NCBI RefSeq assembly: GCF_021869535.1
Contig: NW_026262745.1
Location: 26,908,001-26,972,000, forward strand
Source of the DNA: Mytilus californianus
Taxonomy: Eukaryota
DNA length: 64,000 bases
Direction of reading: 5' to 3'
In this document: positions 13,017 through 25,095 of the stretch, piece after piece
Position numbering within the stretch: the stretch's first letter is position 1
Layout of the letters: each line of letters begins with the position of its first letter
Made by a program: the position numbers and the translations under genes
Notes under the pieces: model-generated
What the model saw: only the letters and a program-made list of their open reading frames with translations
Told to the model about the DNA's origin: nothing
Databases searched by the model: none

Positions 13017-13580
13017 CTGTAAAACAAAAAACACAGATAACACTAAAATATCGTTATAATTTTGTTGTAGAATGTGCAGGATTTTTTTCTAATTCACAAC
13101 TTATCCTATAAAAATTATGTGGTATAAGTTCTTATTTCCGGATTAATTTTGACGCTTTCTATTTTATTGACTGATTATAAAATATATTGTTTTATATGGA
13201 AATAAAAAGGAACGCATGTAATGTATTTAATCAATACACTGGACCGTGGTTACGATTGCTATATAATGGACACAAGTAATTTATCGATATTGACAGCCCG
13301 TAATTCCATTTCTAATTTGCAAAACAAGATAAACAAAACTGATACAATTGTATGAACTCCAAAAAGGAGCGATGCTGAGTGTGTCGATAGGTTGCCACTA
13401 TGTATATATTAACGGCCATGCAAATCCAGTTATAAAAAAAAATCCAATAAAGGTAATAGTACACAATGGCTCAATCAAATACCGGGAAAATATAACGCTC
13501 GTGGGTTGAGACACAAGTGTGTGATGGTAACCGCTAGACATCGTTAATATATGTGAATGCTAAATGATCAAAATATTTAC

Positions 13581-14068
13581 CTGAAACTATAAGTTCCAAA
13601 ATGACCGTCCAAATTTATTTCATGCATTACATGTTTGTAATCTATCGACGGCAATGGTGGAAGATCTCCAATTTCTATCTCAGAAATGTCCTCTTGCAAA
13701 CTTTTCACGTCGTTAAACAAGTCCACATTTTGTCTTTCCATTTTTAAATCTTTCCTTTCTTCTTCTAAGGCAGTCAGAATCTGTATTCTTGATTTTGTAG
13801 CTTCGACGATATTCGACAGCTTATCTTTTTCGAACCTAGTTTTTTCAGTTACGTCTTCAATCATTTTATTGACCATTTCATCAATCGTTTGTTTGATCAT
13901 TTTTTCGTCTTCTCTTATATCAGTAATAACAGCTGTGACCTGGCAGTCAGTGGCATCAATACCCATTGTAAGTTCATTTAAGATTCTATTATGTTGTTGC
14001 AGCTTAGACGTTATTTCTTTTTTGACAATACTTTTGTACGAAGAAATTTTAAATGCAATCTGAGCCAT
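13581..14068 (-). CDS. TRIM-like copy 2, coding exon 1: coiled coil with both B-boxes deleted in frame
   Basis: Aligns with copy 1 on both sides of a ~92-codon gap (MAQIAFK/ISS vs MAKVASK...ISS) and through GTYSFR. Acceptor ctttcag before 14078; phase-2 donor AG|GTAAAT at 13581/13580. Confidence 0.8.
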
Positions 14069-15221
14069 ATCTTCTTGTCTGAAAGATATACATATTTACT
14101 CTGTATAGCTAATTATGTATGTGATTTTGCTAAAATAATGCTAAGAATATATACGAGGTGACCAAAACATTTCCAAAGAATATGTTAGATACTAAAAAAA
14201 GCAGTCATGTTAATGATATTGTTTTCTTATTATTATACTTTTTGTATTAAACCTCGTTTGATGAAACAAAATAAATTATACAACATGATAAGAGAAATTT
14301 TCGTAATGTCCCGCTATTTAAATTAAAATTGAGATGTTGTTTCATTTCGTTAATGTGAAATCGATTACAAGTAACTATTTTGCTACCCGACCAGTAGCCA
14401 TAGTTTCGATACTGACATGATCTTAAAACACTTTGATTAAAAGTTGCTTTTGCCACTCTCTTATGCAAACTTGTCCTCTAAATAATAACGAAATCTGTAA
14501 TTTTTACTCCGGAAATTTACCTAGTCCTGGCAACAGAGTCGGATACTTGAGAAAATATGTACCTAGTTTTTTTTTCGAGATATTTAATGTTTGATGATAA
14601 ACCATGTTTTGATGTAAACTATCACTTTCTCCAGTGACCACATATTGACGGATCGCCAAAACCTTTTTCCAAATCTTAATTTGTAATGAACTACTATCCT
14701 TAAAGAAATCATCTCTAGTTTTTGTTGGGTCCATGATGCTGAAAACTAAATCTCTTATTACTATTGTTTTGTGTAATCATGCTATTATCTTCTTTTTGTC
14801 TTGTGATGTATCACTGTCCCGTCGTTATCAAGTGTTAAACATCGGAATCAGTTAAATCACTGAATTTGCCAAAGATATTAAAAGATATATCTCGAAAAAA
14901 GGAAAAGGTTAAAAAAGATATTTGCTATTAAATGTACTATGTCTTACGCCCAAGTATGAATGAGAGCTTATAGATCATTGAAGGTCTCCGTTAACATTTG
15001 ACCTAATCCTAATTGATTTGACATTCCGACTGCTATGAATTGATGGCTACCTCCAAGTCTCATGTAAACAAAACGATAGCTACTGTAAAATGAGTACAGT
15101 ATCTAAGATGATTATTTGTTTTTCAAAGACAGTAAACAGACATCTTTGAATGCACATAATTATACGAATTTTGATACTTTTGTGTGAATGCATTGTCAAT
15201 TGAGGCGTTTATATAAAATAA

Positions 15222-15470
15222 TGAGATGTGGTATGATTGCCGATGAAACAGTTATCCACCAGAGTTCAAATGGAATGATTGTAATCAGCTATAGGGCCTG
15301 CAACAAAGAAAAATCCATACCGTATAGTCGGCTATAAAAGGCCCCGACATGAAAATGTGAAATAATTCAAACAAGAAAACTAACGGCCTAACTTATAACA
15401 AAACTATTTACAAAAAAAAAAAAAAAAAAAAAAAAAACTATAGGCTCCTGACTTGGGACAATCACATAAA
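15222..15470 (+). mobile_element. Dispersed repeat (GATGTGGTATGATTGCC family) with an internal A26 run
   Basis: Colinear with 61912-62190; poly-A at 15412-15437. Confidence 0.75.
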
Positions 15471-16137
15471 GCATATAGTCGATTTCATTAATCAGTTTGT
15501 CATTCAGTAAACACATTTTCTAATGAAGAAAAAATGGTGTAAATTTACAATTATTAATGGCTGATTTTAATTTAATGGTCTTACCTGTATTATTTGTAAA
15601 TACTTTACATGTAACTAATTTAGAAATATGTCTACGGTACAATGCAACACTGTGTCAGCGTTTTTTCCCCCCATTTACATCATAATTTAATCACTTATAT
15701 GTACCAGCTTTGGTGGAAACCTCTCAATAATTCGTAAATGAATATCCATTGTTCAATTTCTTGTCGTTTTCAATGAAAAGCGGAAAAGTTAATAAAAAAA
15801 AGAAGAGGAACTTAAACAATCTGACATAAAATCAAGTCAAATATAAAATGTTTGATTTACATATTTCTCTATTAGCTTTTAATTGAGAACCTATCAGTAC
15901 AGTTTTAAACAGTGTCAATACCGTCTCAACATTCCCACACATTTTTGTCGTACATATACAGAAATATTTTAACATTAAATTATTTTATAGAGACAATTTT
16001 ATTGAATTAAAGGATAGTTAAATGCAGTTTTGACCTGCATCTGCAGCTTCCTAAGCTAGGTTTCTGTATTAGCGATCTCGTTCCATAGTGCCTTTAATAA
16101 TTCAAGCTTTCATATTCGTGTGTTGTTCGTTTTGTTT

Positions 16138-16750
16138 GTTTTTATACACCCATCTATAAAGACGGGACGTATTATTGTATACCGTTATTCGTCAGTCCGT
16201 CCGTCCGTTGTCAACACTTCGGAAAATAACTGAAAAACACTTTCACCAATTATCTTGAAACTGTGATGAATTGTTTATATCTATTGACGTAAGCTCCCTT
16301 TCGATTTTTATAAATTTTCGATTAAAATATTTTGGGTTATGGCTGATTTTCCAGTTATCTAATTATGACTCAAAACATTTTTGAGCAATTTTCATGAAAC
16401 TTTGGTGAATTTTTATACATATATTGACATAAGTTCCCTTTCGATTTTTTCAAAATTTTTGATTTTACGTTTTGGAGTATTGGGACTTTATTCAAAAAAA
16501 AAGGGGCATTTTCAAGTTTTCTGACAATTAACTCAAAACGCTTTGAGCAGCTGTTTCGTGAAAATTTGGTAACCTTTCTTATATGTATTGAAATAAGCTC
16601 CCTTTTGTTTTTTGTTTATATACATTTCTGGCATGCCATTGCGGAGTTATGGAACTTTATTCGTTGAAAAATCGTAGATAATAATTTTTTGGGGGTAGGG
16701 GTGGGATTTGGTTTGGGGTCTATTTGAGCAGTGCTCGCGGAATTCCTAGT
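16138..16750 (+). mobile_element. Helentron-associated non-autonomous element (HINE/DINE-1-like)
   Basis: Starts TTTTTATAC, has a (CCGT)n microsatellite near 16197-16208 and three diverged internal core repeats (AACT..AAAACA...GAAACT/AAATTTGGTGA...AAG(C/T)TCCCTTT). Ends CTAGTT. Confidence 0.65.
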
Positions 16751-16831
16751 TGATCATATCAATTTATTTAAAGCTAAAAGCTTAAAGGTTGACGGGCGTA
16801 TCATGCGCTCATGGCGCAGCTCTACATTATA

Positions 16832-17616
16832 TAAAATTGAGAATGGAAACGGGAAATATGTCAAAGAGGCAACAACCCGACCAAGGAGCAGAAAACAGCC
16901 GCAGGCCACCAATGGGTATTTAACACAGCGAGAAAATCCAGCACACGGAGGCGGGCTTCAGCTGGCCACTACTAGTTCAATGTAAATGGACGTCACACTG
17001 AACTCCAAAACATATAAATGAACTAAGATTAAAAAACATACAAGACTAACAAAGGCCAGAGGCTCCTGACTAGGGACAGGCGCAAAAATGCGGAGGGGTT
17101 AAACATGTTTTGTGAGATCTCCCCCCTCCCCCTGTACCTCTAGCTAATGTAGAATAAACAAACACACAGCAATACGCACAGTAAAACTCAGTTGAAAAGA
17201 AGTCAGAGTCCGATGTCAGAAAAGGTAACAAAAGAAACTAAGCAAAATGACAATGATACATAAATTAACAAAGGACTACTAGCAGTTACTGACATGCCAG
17301 CTCCAAACCTCAATTAAACTGATTGAAAAATTATGTTTTCATCATTTGAAAATAAAGCACAATCCCTCCCGTTAGGGGTTTAGTATCATCCTATCATAAA
17401 GTATATGAGAAGAACATAACCCGTATCATGCCAACAAATGGTTTTAGAATAAATGTGTTTATTTCCGATGCAAAGACCCTATGAGTGAATCAATATTAAG
17501 ACCAAAATATGCCATCTTTAATTACCTAACAGTATCGTAACTATATCCCTTCTGAATAAGTCTGTTTAAAGGTCTGGTTAGCTTTTGAGGTGAATGTCGA
17601 CATTTTTTTGCTTTGT
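16832..17616 (-). mobile_element. 5'-truncated Naiad-type PLE (family 1): last ~50 codons plus 3' tail
   Basis: Reverse complement of 35230-36026; minus strand reads YKAKKCRHSPQKLTRPLNRLIQKGYSYDTV...GSLHRK*. Confidence 0.85.
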
Positions 17617-18153
17617 ATGCATGTATATGTCTTTTTTTCGAAGGAGTCGTTCGTTGGTTGTGAGTGTGGTCTTTTGTGCTGTTAAGTTTTTTGGTGATTC
17701 CTTTTGTATATTTTTTTATGTATTTAGTCGAGAAACATTCTACAATCTATTTGTGCATTTTTGAGATATATTTTAGATCAAGATAAGTATTTCAAAATTC
17801 TAAAAAAACAGGCTTGCTTTCGAAATATATGAAAATATGTTTCATTTTTTAAATTTTCATTGATTTGTATTTCTAATCATAAATAAGTCAAATTGTTTTT
17901 ATTCAAAGTTAATAAAAAAGCAATATTACATTGTTTGCACCGAATTACCGCGATTTTCCAGTGAAATAAAATTTAATCTGATAAGTCCACTCCTCTAACG
18001 TCATGCAACAATGTGTGTTGTAAAAACGTTGTCGATGATGTTACATCAATACAATTGTGAAAGTGTAAAAAAAAATACAGTTCCTTTCATTTTTTTAAAA
18101 TTTCATTTCCATCAAAAAGTCCATGGTTAATATAATAAAAAGAATAAATATTC

Positions 18154-18442
18154 AATGTAGTGACCAGAACTTCTCTGATTCGGAATCAAAATCCTTGCCG
18201 AGGGACTTCGATTATAAAATGCAGTAATTATGAATAAACAACCAGATTCGGTTGATTTATATGCTTTAGGTCCAATGTCCAAAATTCAGAGAGAGCAACA
18301 CTTTTCGCGTCTATTGATTTCTCGTAAAATGCTTGAGAGTTCAGTTTCTGCATTGGAAAGGAAATGGCCTGCCCATCCCGAGCATATCTGTAGATAAAAT
18401 GAAGTTTTTACTTCGAAGTTTCATAACTCTTTATTTTGGACC
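18154..18442. repeat. Diverged dispersed repeat; second copy at 41684-41938
   Basis: Both copies run from AATGTAGTGA(C/T)CA(G/A)AACTTCTCTG to TTACTTCGAAGTTTCATAACTCTTTATTT in the same orientation. Confidence 0.8.
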
Positions 18443-18533
18443 GGTTAACAAATCCTGTCTTATTGATTCATTGTTTAATTTATTTTCACTCTTGATATGC
18501 TTGAAATAAAATGCCACTTTACATAAAGAAAAC

Positions 18534-18536
<3 letters not shown>

Positions 18537-18567
<31 letters not shown>
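18537..18567. repeat. (AATC)7 microsatellite
   Basis: Read directly from the sequence. Confidence 0.95.
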
Positions 18568-19947
18568 GGATGGAATGGTGTTTTGCATATGATATCAAAT
18601 TTTTAATATAACTTGTCCATCGATATGTGTTTTCAAATGTTATTGCCTGTTGGAAAAAGGAGGAAACTTCAAATTGAGGATTTTGTTTTGTTTGTTATCA
18701 TGATACTATATGTAAATAGGAAAAGCTGAATCATAGGAAATACTCAGTAATAAGTTTAGGTTGTTCCTCTTTGAAAGGTTATGGAAACATAATATGCATG
18801 GTGTATTTAACTTTTGTGGTGTGTTTAGATGTAGATATCGAGACGGATTACATCCCACATTGGACAGTATGTAAATCTTTATTAATGTGCTATATAGAAA
18901 TAAGGATATGAGGTATGATTGCCAATGAGACAACTATCCACCAAAGTTCAAATAAAGTGGATGTAAGCAATTATAGGCAAACTTGTATTCGAAGTCATTG
19001 CTTGAGTCTATTTCAGGATAGTGATGGCATACCTCATCAGTACTAAAGGAATACCTAAATCAAAATTATTCGGCAGATATAAATGAATAAAACAATAAAA
19101 CAATATTGGAGTCTACTCGGTAGAACGTCGGCTAGAAAGTAAAACTACCACTCAAACCCATCGGTATGCTGATGAAACACGTGAAAATACTATTATTTGC
19201 TACTACCTATTTGTCAACACAAAACAGTTATATGTATGACTCTTACTGAACTTTGATTAATATGTAATGTTTATTCTCCTATCATACTTTATTAATATGA
19301 CAAAATATTATCACGTCGAAAAGAAGTTTTATTTTTTACATTAAATACAATTTTTGAAATACCTATCCATTTTAAATTATAGTTGATTTTTTAAAATATT
19401 ATTATAGTTTTGGTTATAGTGATCGTGTTCTTTGTCAACCAGTGTGCAAAAACCGAATTGATGCACTTTAAACTGATCACTGTGGTGGATTTACGTGTTA
19501 TAGTAAATTTCAATGGTCTTCGTTTCCCTTTTGGTATTATATTTTGTGCCCCTTTATGAGACTTCATTATAAATTGGTGGTTTCCCACATTTTATGGCTT
19601 TTGTTGTTTCTGATGAAGTAAAATGCAGATAACGGTTGAAAGCATAAACACTTTAAGATACTTCCTCTGGGCCTATCATAACCTACGAACTGTTTGTCTT
19701 CGAGGGTAGCGTGCATTCTATAATCAATGTTTCGGAACACTCTATTATTTATTGTATACATTCGAACAAATCTCGGGTAGATATGTTCGAAATGTGCTAT
19801 GAAGCTAAGGTTATATCTGTATCAAGTAAGTTGACAGACGAGGACCGGTCGTTTATGTTTAGGTCCTTTTTATGACATACATGTAGCTTCAAATCAATTT
19901 AGCATCTTTCACTTTCCAAAAATTCTAACTCTTGAATCTATCGAAGC

Positions 19948-20474
19948 ATGATGAAGACATAATCTTTCAATCAGTTTAATTGAAGTCTGGAGCTGGCATG
20001 TCAGTTAACTGCTAGTAGTCTGTTGTTATTTATGTATTATTGTCATTTTGTTTATTTTCTTTGGTTACATCTTCTGACATCAGACTCGGACTTCTCTTGA
20101 ACTGAATTTTAATGTGCGTATTGTTATGCGTTTACTTTTCTACATTGGCTAGAGGTATAGGGGGAGGGTTGAGATCTCATAAACATGTTTAACACCGCCG
20201 CATTTTTGCGCCTGTCCCAAGTCAGGAGCCTCTAGACTTTGTTAGTCTTGTATTATTTTTAATTTTAGTTTCTTGTGTACAATTTGGAGTTTAGTATGGC
20301 GTTCATTATCACTGAACTAGTATATATATTTGTTTAGGGGCCAGCTGTAAGACGCCTCTGGGTGCGGGAATTTCTCGCTGTATTGAAGACCTGTTGGTGA
20401 CCTTCTGCTGTTGTCTGTTTTATGGTCGGGTTGTTGTCTCTTTGACACATTCCCCATTTCCATTCTCAATTTTA
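19948..20474 (+). mobile_element. Naiad family 1, 3' tail only
   Basis: Nearly identical to 35500-36026, ending CCATTCTCAATTTTA. Confidence 0.9.
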
Positions 20475-23400
20475 AGTCAACAGATAATGTTCATTGAATA
20501 CATTACAATCCGCTTGTCCAGTTTTGGCCACTCTTAAATACTGAAGTTCCCAGTCTTGTATTCTTGTATAACAACTCTAGTTACCGGTAAATGTTAAAAC
20601 ATGAAACTAAATAAAATAGTTCAAATGATATGAGAATTTTTTCAAGCACTGAATGCTTGTTGCTTGATTAAAAATTCATGCTAAATTAAGACATCTATCC
20701 TGCAGTAAAACAATTTTTGCATCTTTCATATATCAAACAACAGGTTGCAGGTGAAAGGATATCATATCTGCTAGACGGGTTTGGTCAGACTGAAACAGCA
20801 AACAGAAAATGGGAAAAAATGTTTTTTCTATGAAGTTTTATAACTTTTCAATCGTTGTGGCTTGGCACACCCTACATTAAGTCAGAGTATAAACCCCTTA
20901 CCTGGGACAGTGGTGTAACAGCACAACATAAGAACAAACTGTAAATATCAGTTGACTCATCAGATTGTCAAGAAGTAAAAAAAAAAAAAAAACATAAAGA
21001 CAAACACATATGATTCTCGACCTAAGAGTAATTGCAGTTACTGAAAATTATTTATCATTATGTTATTATGTGTAAAAAAATTTCGGACAATATTTTGAAA
21101 TAACTTTGATTATTCCACCTATTTTTCTAGCGTTTGTTTGTATAATTGTGATTTTTATTTTGGTTTTTCAACCGACACATCAAACCCAAAGGATATACAC
21201 AGGTAGTAGCATGGTAACTAGGACTTTTCCTATCCGACATTAAGACATGTACAGAGGACATCTATTTGACTATGGAAGATGAATAGATAAAAAGCCAGAA
21301 TCAATTATAATTTGCACTTCAATCCGAAACTCCATGTTAGCTTAGGAGAGTGATAAGGTCGTCGGGCGAAAAAGTCTTGACACATAGTGTTTGTTATGCC
21401 TCCGCGTGTTGGTACCAAGGCATACTTTAATACCTTTATACCACTCTGTTTTTCTTATTTGTACTTTTCTGATTGAAGTATATCAGGAAAACCGCTTCTG
21501 AATCCCTAACTTTATTAATTATTGTTTTTATTTTTGAGCACTGGGTCGATACTGCTGCTGGTGAATGTTATTCCCCGAGGATATCATCGGCTCAGCAGTC
21601 AGGGACTATGTACTGACATGTTCGTTTTTTTTTAATTTCCCGTTGCTAAATTTATAAATGATTAAGAAACTAAGATTCAAATCACCTAAGGAAAAGTTGA
21701 GCTTAAGTTTATTTAGCTATTCTCTTAAGGTTTTTTTTCTAACATAGCTACGTAATCAAGTATTTGTATATCTTTGGCTTTCAAATTTTGATATTAGCGC
21801 TCCGGATGAAGGTTAATTCAGAAAAAAATTTGAAACGTTATTTAGTGTTATTTTCATAATAAAGACACCAAGAACGTCAATGTCGACTAGCAATATTTTC
21901 AAATGTCTCCGTATTTCATTCTGATTGACACATTTTACAAAACATACTAAGTAATTTATTCAATGTTTGATTCGTTTTCATCCTTAATATGCATGAAATA
22001 TTTGCAACTTGACATTTAGCAAAAATAAAACAATCAATAAACAATCGACCAATCTAGCAACGGAAAAGTATCATGTACCCCACTTTTAACAGCATGGAAA
22101 TGTGTCCAACAAGAATGTTTGTGTCAAATGTCTAATGAAAACCAAAATAAGATCATTTTAGCTCTTTAAGAATAATCTCAATTCCAAAAATCTTATTCAT
22201 TGAGACATATAGTAAAATTGGGACAACGTAACAAATACACGTACACACTTTCTCCTAATGAATTACAAATCTTAGTTTTACTTCTTCTGATGATTTTCCT
22301 TAGTCACATTACCGTTTAATGTAATACGCACATTATTACAGTTCTGTTAAAAATATAAATAACACTATGACTTAACCAATAAAATAGACTGTTGTGCCGA
22401 TTTCGCTATAGGTCGTTTGAGAACAAAAGCGCAACGAAAGACAAATTGAACATATGAGGCATATGATTACGGAAAGTGGAGCCGCACATACAATGTCTAA
22501 ACTGAATTTATGTAATAAAACTAAAATAACTTCAAACTTTTAGAATCTGATTTTATATTTCAGTTGTTTACCTCTTGGTATTGTTTGGGTGGAAACGAAT
22601 TATTCTCTGATGAATAATTAAAAAACATTACATTTATTATTTTACATTTTCTCTAAAGTTATAATTAATAATCGTTTCTTCTATATCATGTATATTTAGC
22701 AGGTTTGACTAAAAGATTTTAATTTCTGTCATTTCTTCCTTACGTAAATAGCTCAACCAGCAAGTCCAAAAAATATGTTTCAAACTTCTGAGAAACGTAG
22801 GTATAAACTCTACATTGAGCTGATATAAAACGAAATTCTGCAACCGCATTTAACTGAGTAATCTAAATTTGATTTTGTTTTTCTGTGAAGTGAAATATAG
22901 TACTGTGCGAATGATTTATTTTGTCATTTTGAATATTGGTTATACATTTAGTTGTGTTGAGAATAAACCCGAGAGAGACATGTGCAAAAGCATTGAATAA
23001 CAGAAAAAAACAGACGATTTAAATGAAATTTACAGTCCGAAAGATTAAAAATGTTATCTGCATCGTGTTATAGTAATATAAAACGTATTGTGTAAGCTTT
23101 GATTACCAAACAGTAACTTTTGCATTGCATTGCAATGTTTCTGTGGAGCGTCGCGTCATTATTACATACATAAGCAGACTTATAGTAGTTAATACACTCG
23201 TTTTATTCGTGTATACATACATAAACGCCATAGTAACTAGAAAAAGATGTTACAATATACTACTTACATATTTGATAACATATAACCGTTGCCAATTGCA
23301 TGATATGTGTTTGCTTAATTAGACAAACTAGCATTATTCAAAAATTGTTGAAGCTACAATCTTTATTTCCATGCAGCATTACATATATCATACCGCGACT

Positions 23401-24619
23401 TCATTACATAGAGAGAACTGAGTACATTTCCCATGAAGAATCTAAGGTTTCGACTCCTTCAAGAAAAAATGACCTTATGTGAATTTGGCAATTCTTTCTA
23501 TGTTCCTTTTGTCATATGGTCAAGTATTAAAATATTTATACAACCTTGGCATCTCAATTGTTTTGGATTTGACCGTTCCTTAAACCAGTGTCATTGTTAT
23601 TTTTGATTATATACCTATATGGAGTTATTTCCTTTCAGAATGACAGGTCATTCTTTTGTTTCAATGAAATGTGCTTCAAGGCATAAAAATAAATCCTGCG
23701 TTTTTTTTTTACTTTAATCTCATTGAGAAAATAACCATACGCACTTTGGCTTTAAGAATTACAGGATATCAATTTAGAATAGTTTGTAACAGAAGTTATA
23801 AGGTTAACACCTTTTATACATATAATTTATTAATAAGTTTCAGTATGTGACTTATCAGGAAAATAAGAAACAAATGAGCAACACAAACCCAAATGAAAAA
23901 CCGGATTTATGACTCTTATTTCTTCTGCTTTTCACCGTTAAAATTCTTTTGTGTGCATTGTGAACAATAGTGCTTTCCTGTACCATTTATGACGTAGCTA
24001 TTTGAAATCTTCATTCATTTACATACGCTGATATCAAAATGACAGACGGCAGGATTTTACATCAGTGAATAGGTACTTTGAGTTTGATTTCAGTATTTTA
24101 TTGTGTGTGATTTTATATGTAATTTTTGCTATCTGATCGAATTAAAAGAGACGATTGAGATATGAAAAAAGTACTTTATTCACGACAAATATTTAAACGC
24201 CTGTCCTATGTTTGAAACACTAACAGTGGTTGACTGATCTCTTACCTGAATGTTTTGGAGAATAACAAACCTAATGTTGTTCCATTGACATACCAAAAAG
24301 GACGATCAAAAGGAACATATAAGTAGTGAAAACGTCAGGTACTTATACTGTAGAAACGAAAAATGTTGATTTATTTGGAAACATGGCAAACAAAACACCA
24401 ATTAGGATCTCATATTGTATGAATTCAATTTGATATTATCGAGAGAAAAAAACCCTGCTTTTTCTACAATATTTGTGAAACAAATTTGACAACACAATGT
24501 TATTTCTATAGTGAATGTTATTAGAAATGACGATTCTGAGAAGGGGAAAGGAATACATTACAGATTTGATAAAATACACCATACATAATTGATAATTTTG
24601 TACTGTTTTTTTTTATCTT

Positions 24620-25095
24620 AACTCTTATACATTTCTAGGAATATCATTGGTTAAAAGCGACCGCGTGGAGACCATGTATATTTCATATGGGGTAGTAGGA
24701 GAGGTTTATTTTAATACACGGTGTGTAGCGGTGTTACGTCCCTTTTTAAAACAACATGGCGTCGAAGAAAAATCTGAAACGCTTCAACCGGACAATAGAT
24801 GAAGAAATTGATAATGAACGATTGAAATAAATTCAGAAAACATATTAAAAGCTAACAAGTTGTTACTATTGGTATTTGTTTTTGTATAGACCAATGGAAG
24901 TAGGTTCATTATATTGAAGACTTCATCACTTTGACAAGCCACTTGTTTAAATACCATATGTTAAGATAGTCTGTACGATAAATTCGTTACATAGTGTGCT
25001 AGTGACCTAATACGATATATATGGGGTCAGTTAATTCCATATTGACCCCATATATATCGTATTAGGTCACTAGAAAACTGTGTAAATAATAATAT
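24620..25095 (+). mobile_element. Non-autonomous hairpin element, possibly Crypton-derived
   Basis: Perfect 31-bp inverted repeat at 24999-25029 / 25043-25073. The remnant MASKKNLKRFNRTIDEEIDNERLK from 24756 resembles Crypton/DUF3504 N-termini (from recall). Confidence 0.5.

Noticed and set aside
14504-14734. ORF in the block shared by both TRIM-like copies
   Set aside because: The paralogous block near 8330-8490 shares only DxTKTRDD and then loses frame.
16731-16985. 84-aa ORF, and similar short ORFs at 45788, 46179, 59661, 60791 and 62096
   Set aside because: They are translations of repeat tails with no domain signal.
19391-19830. Slightly GC-richer segment with short ORFs
   Set aside because: No recognisable motif or consistent splice structure.
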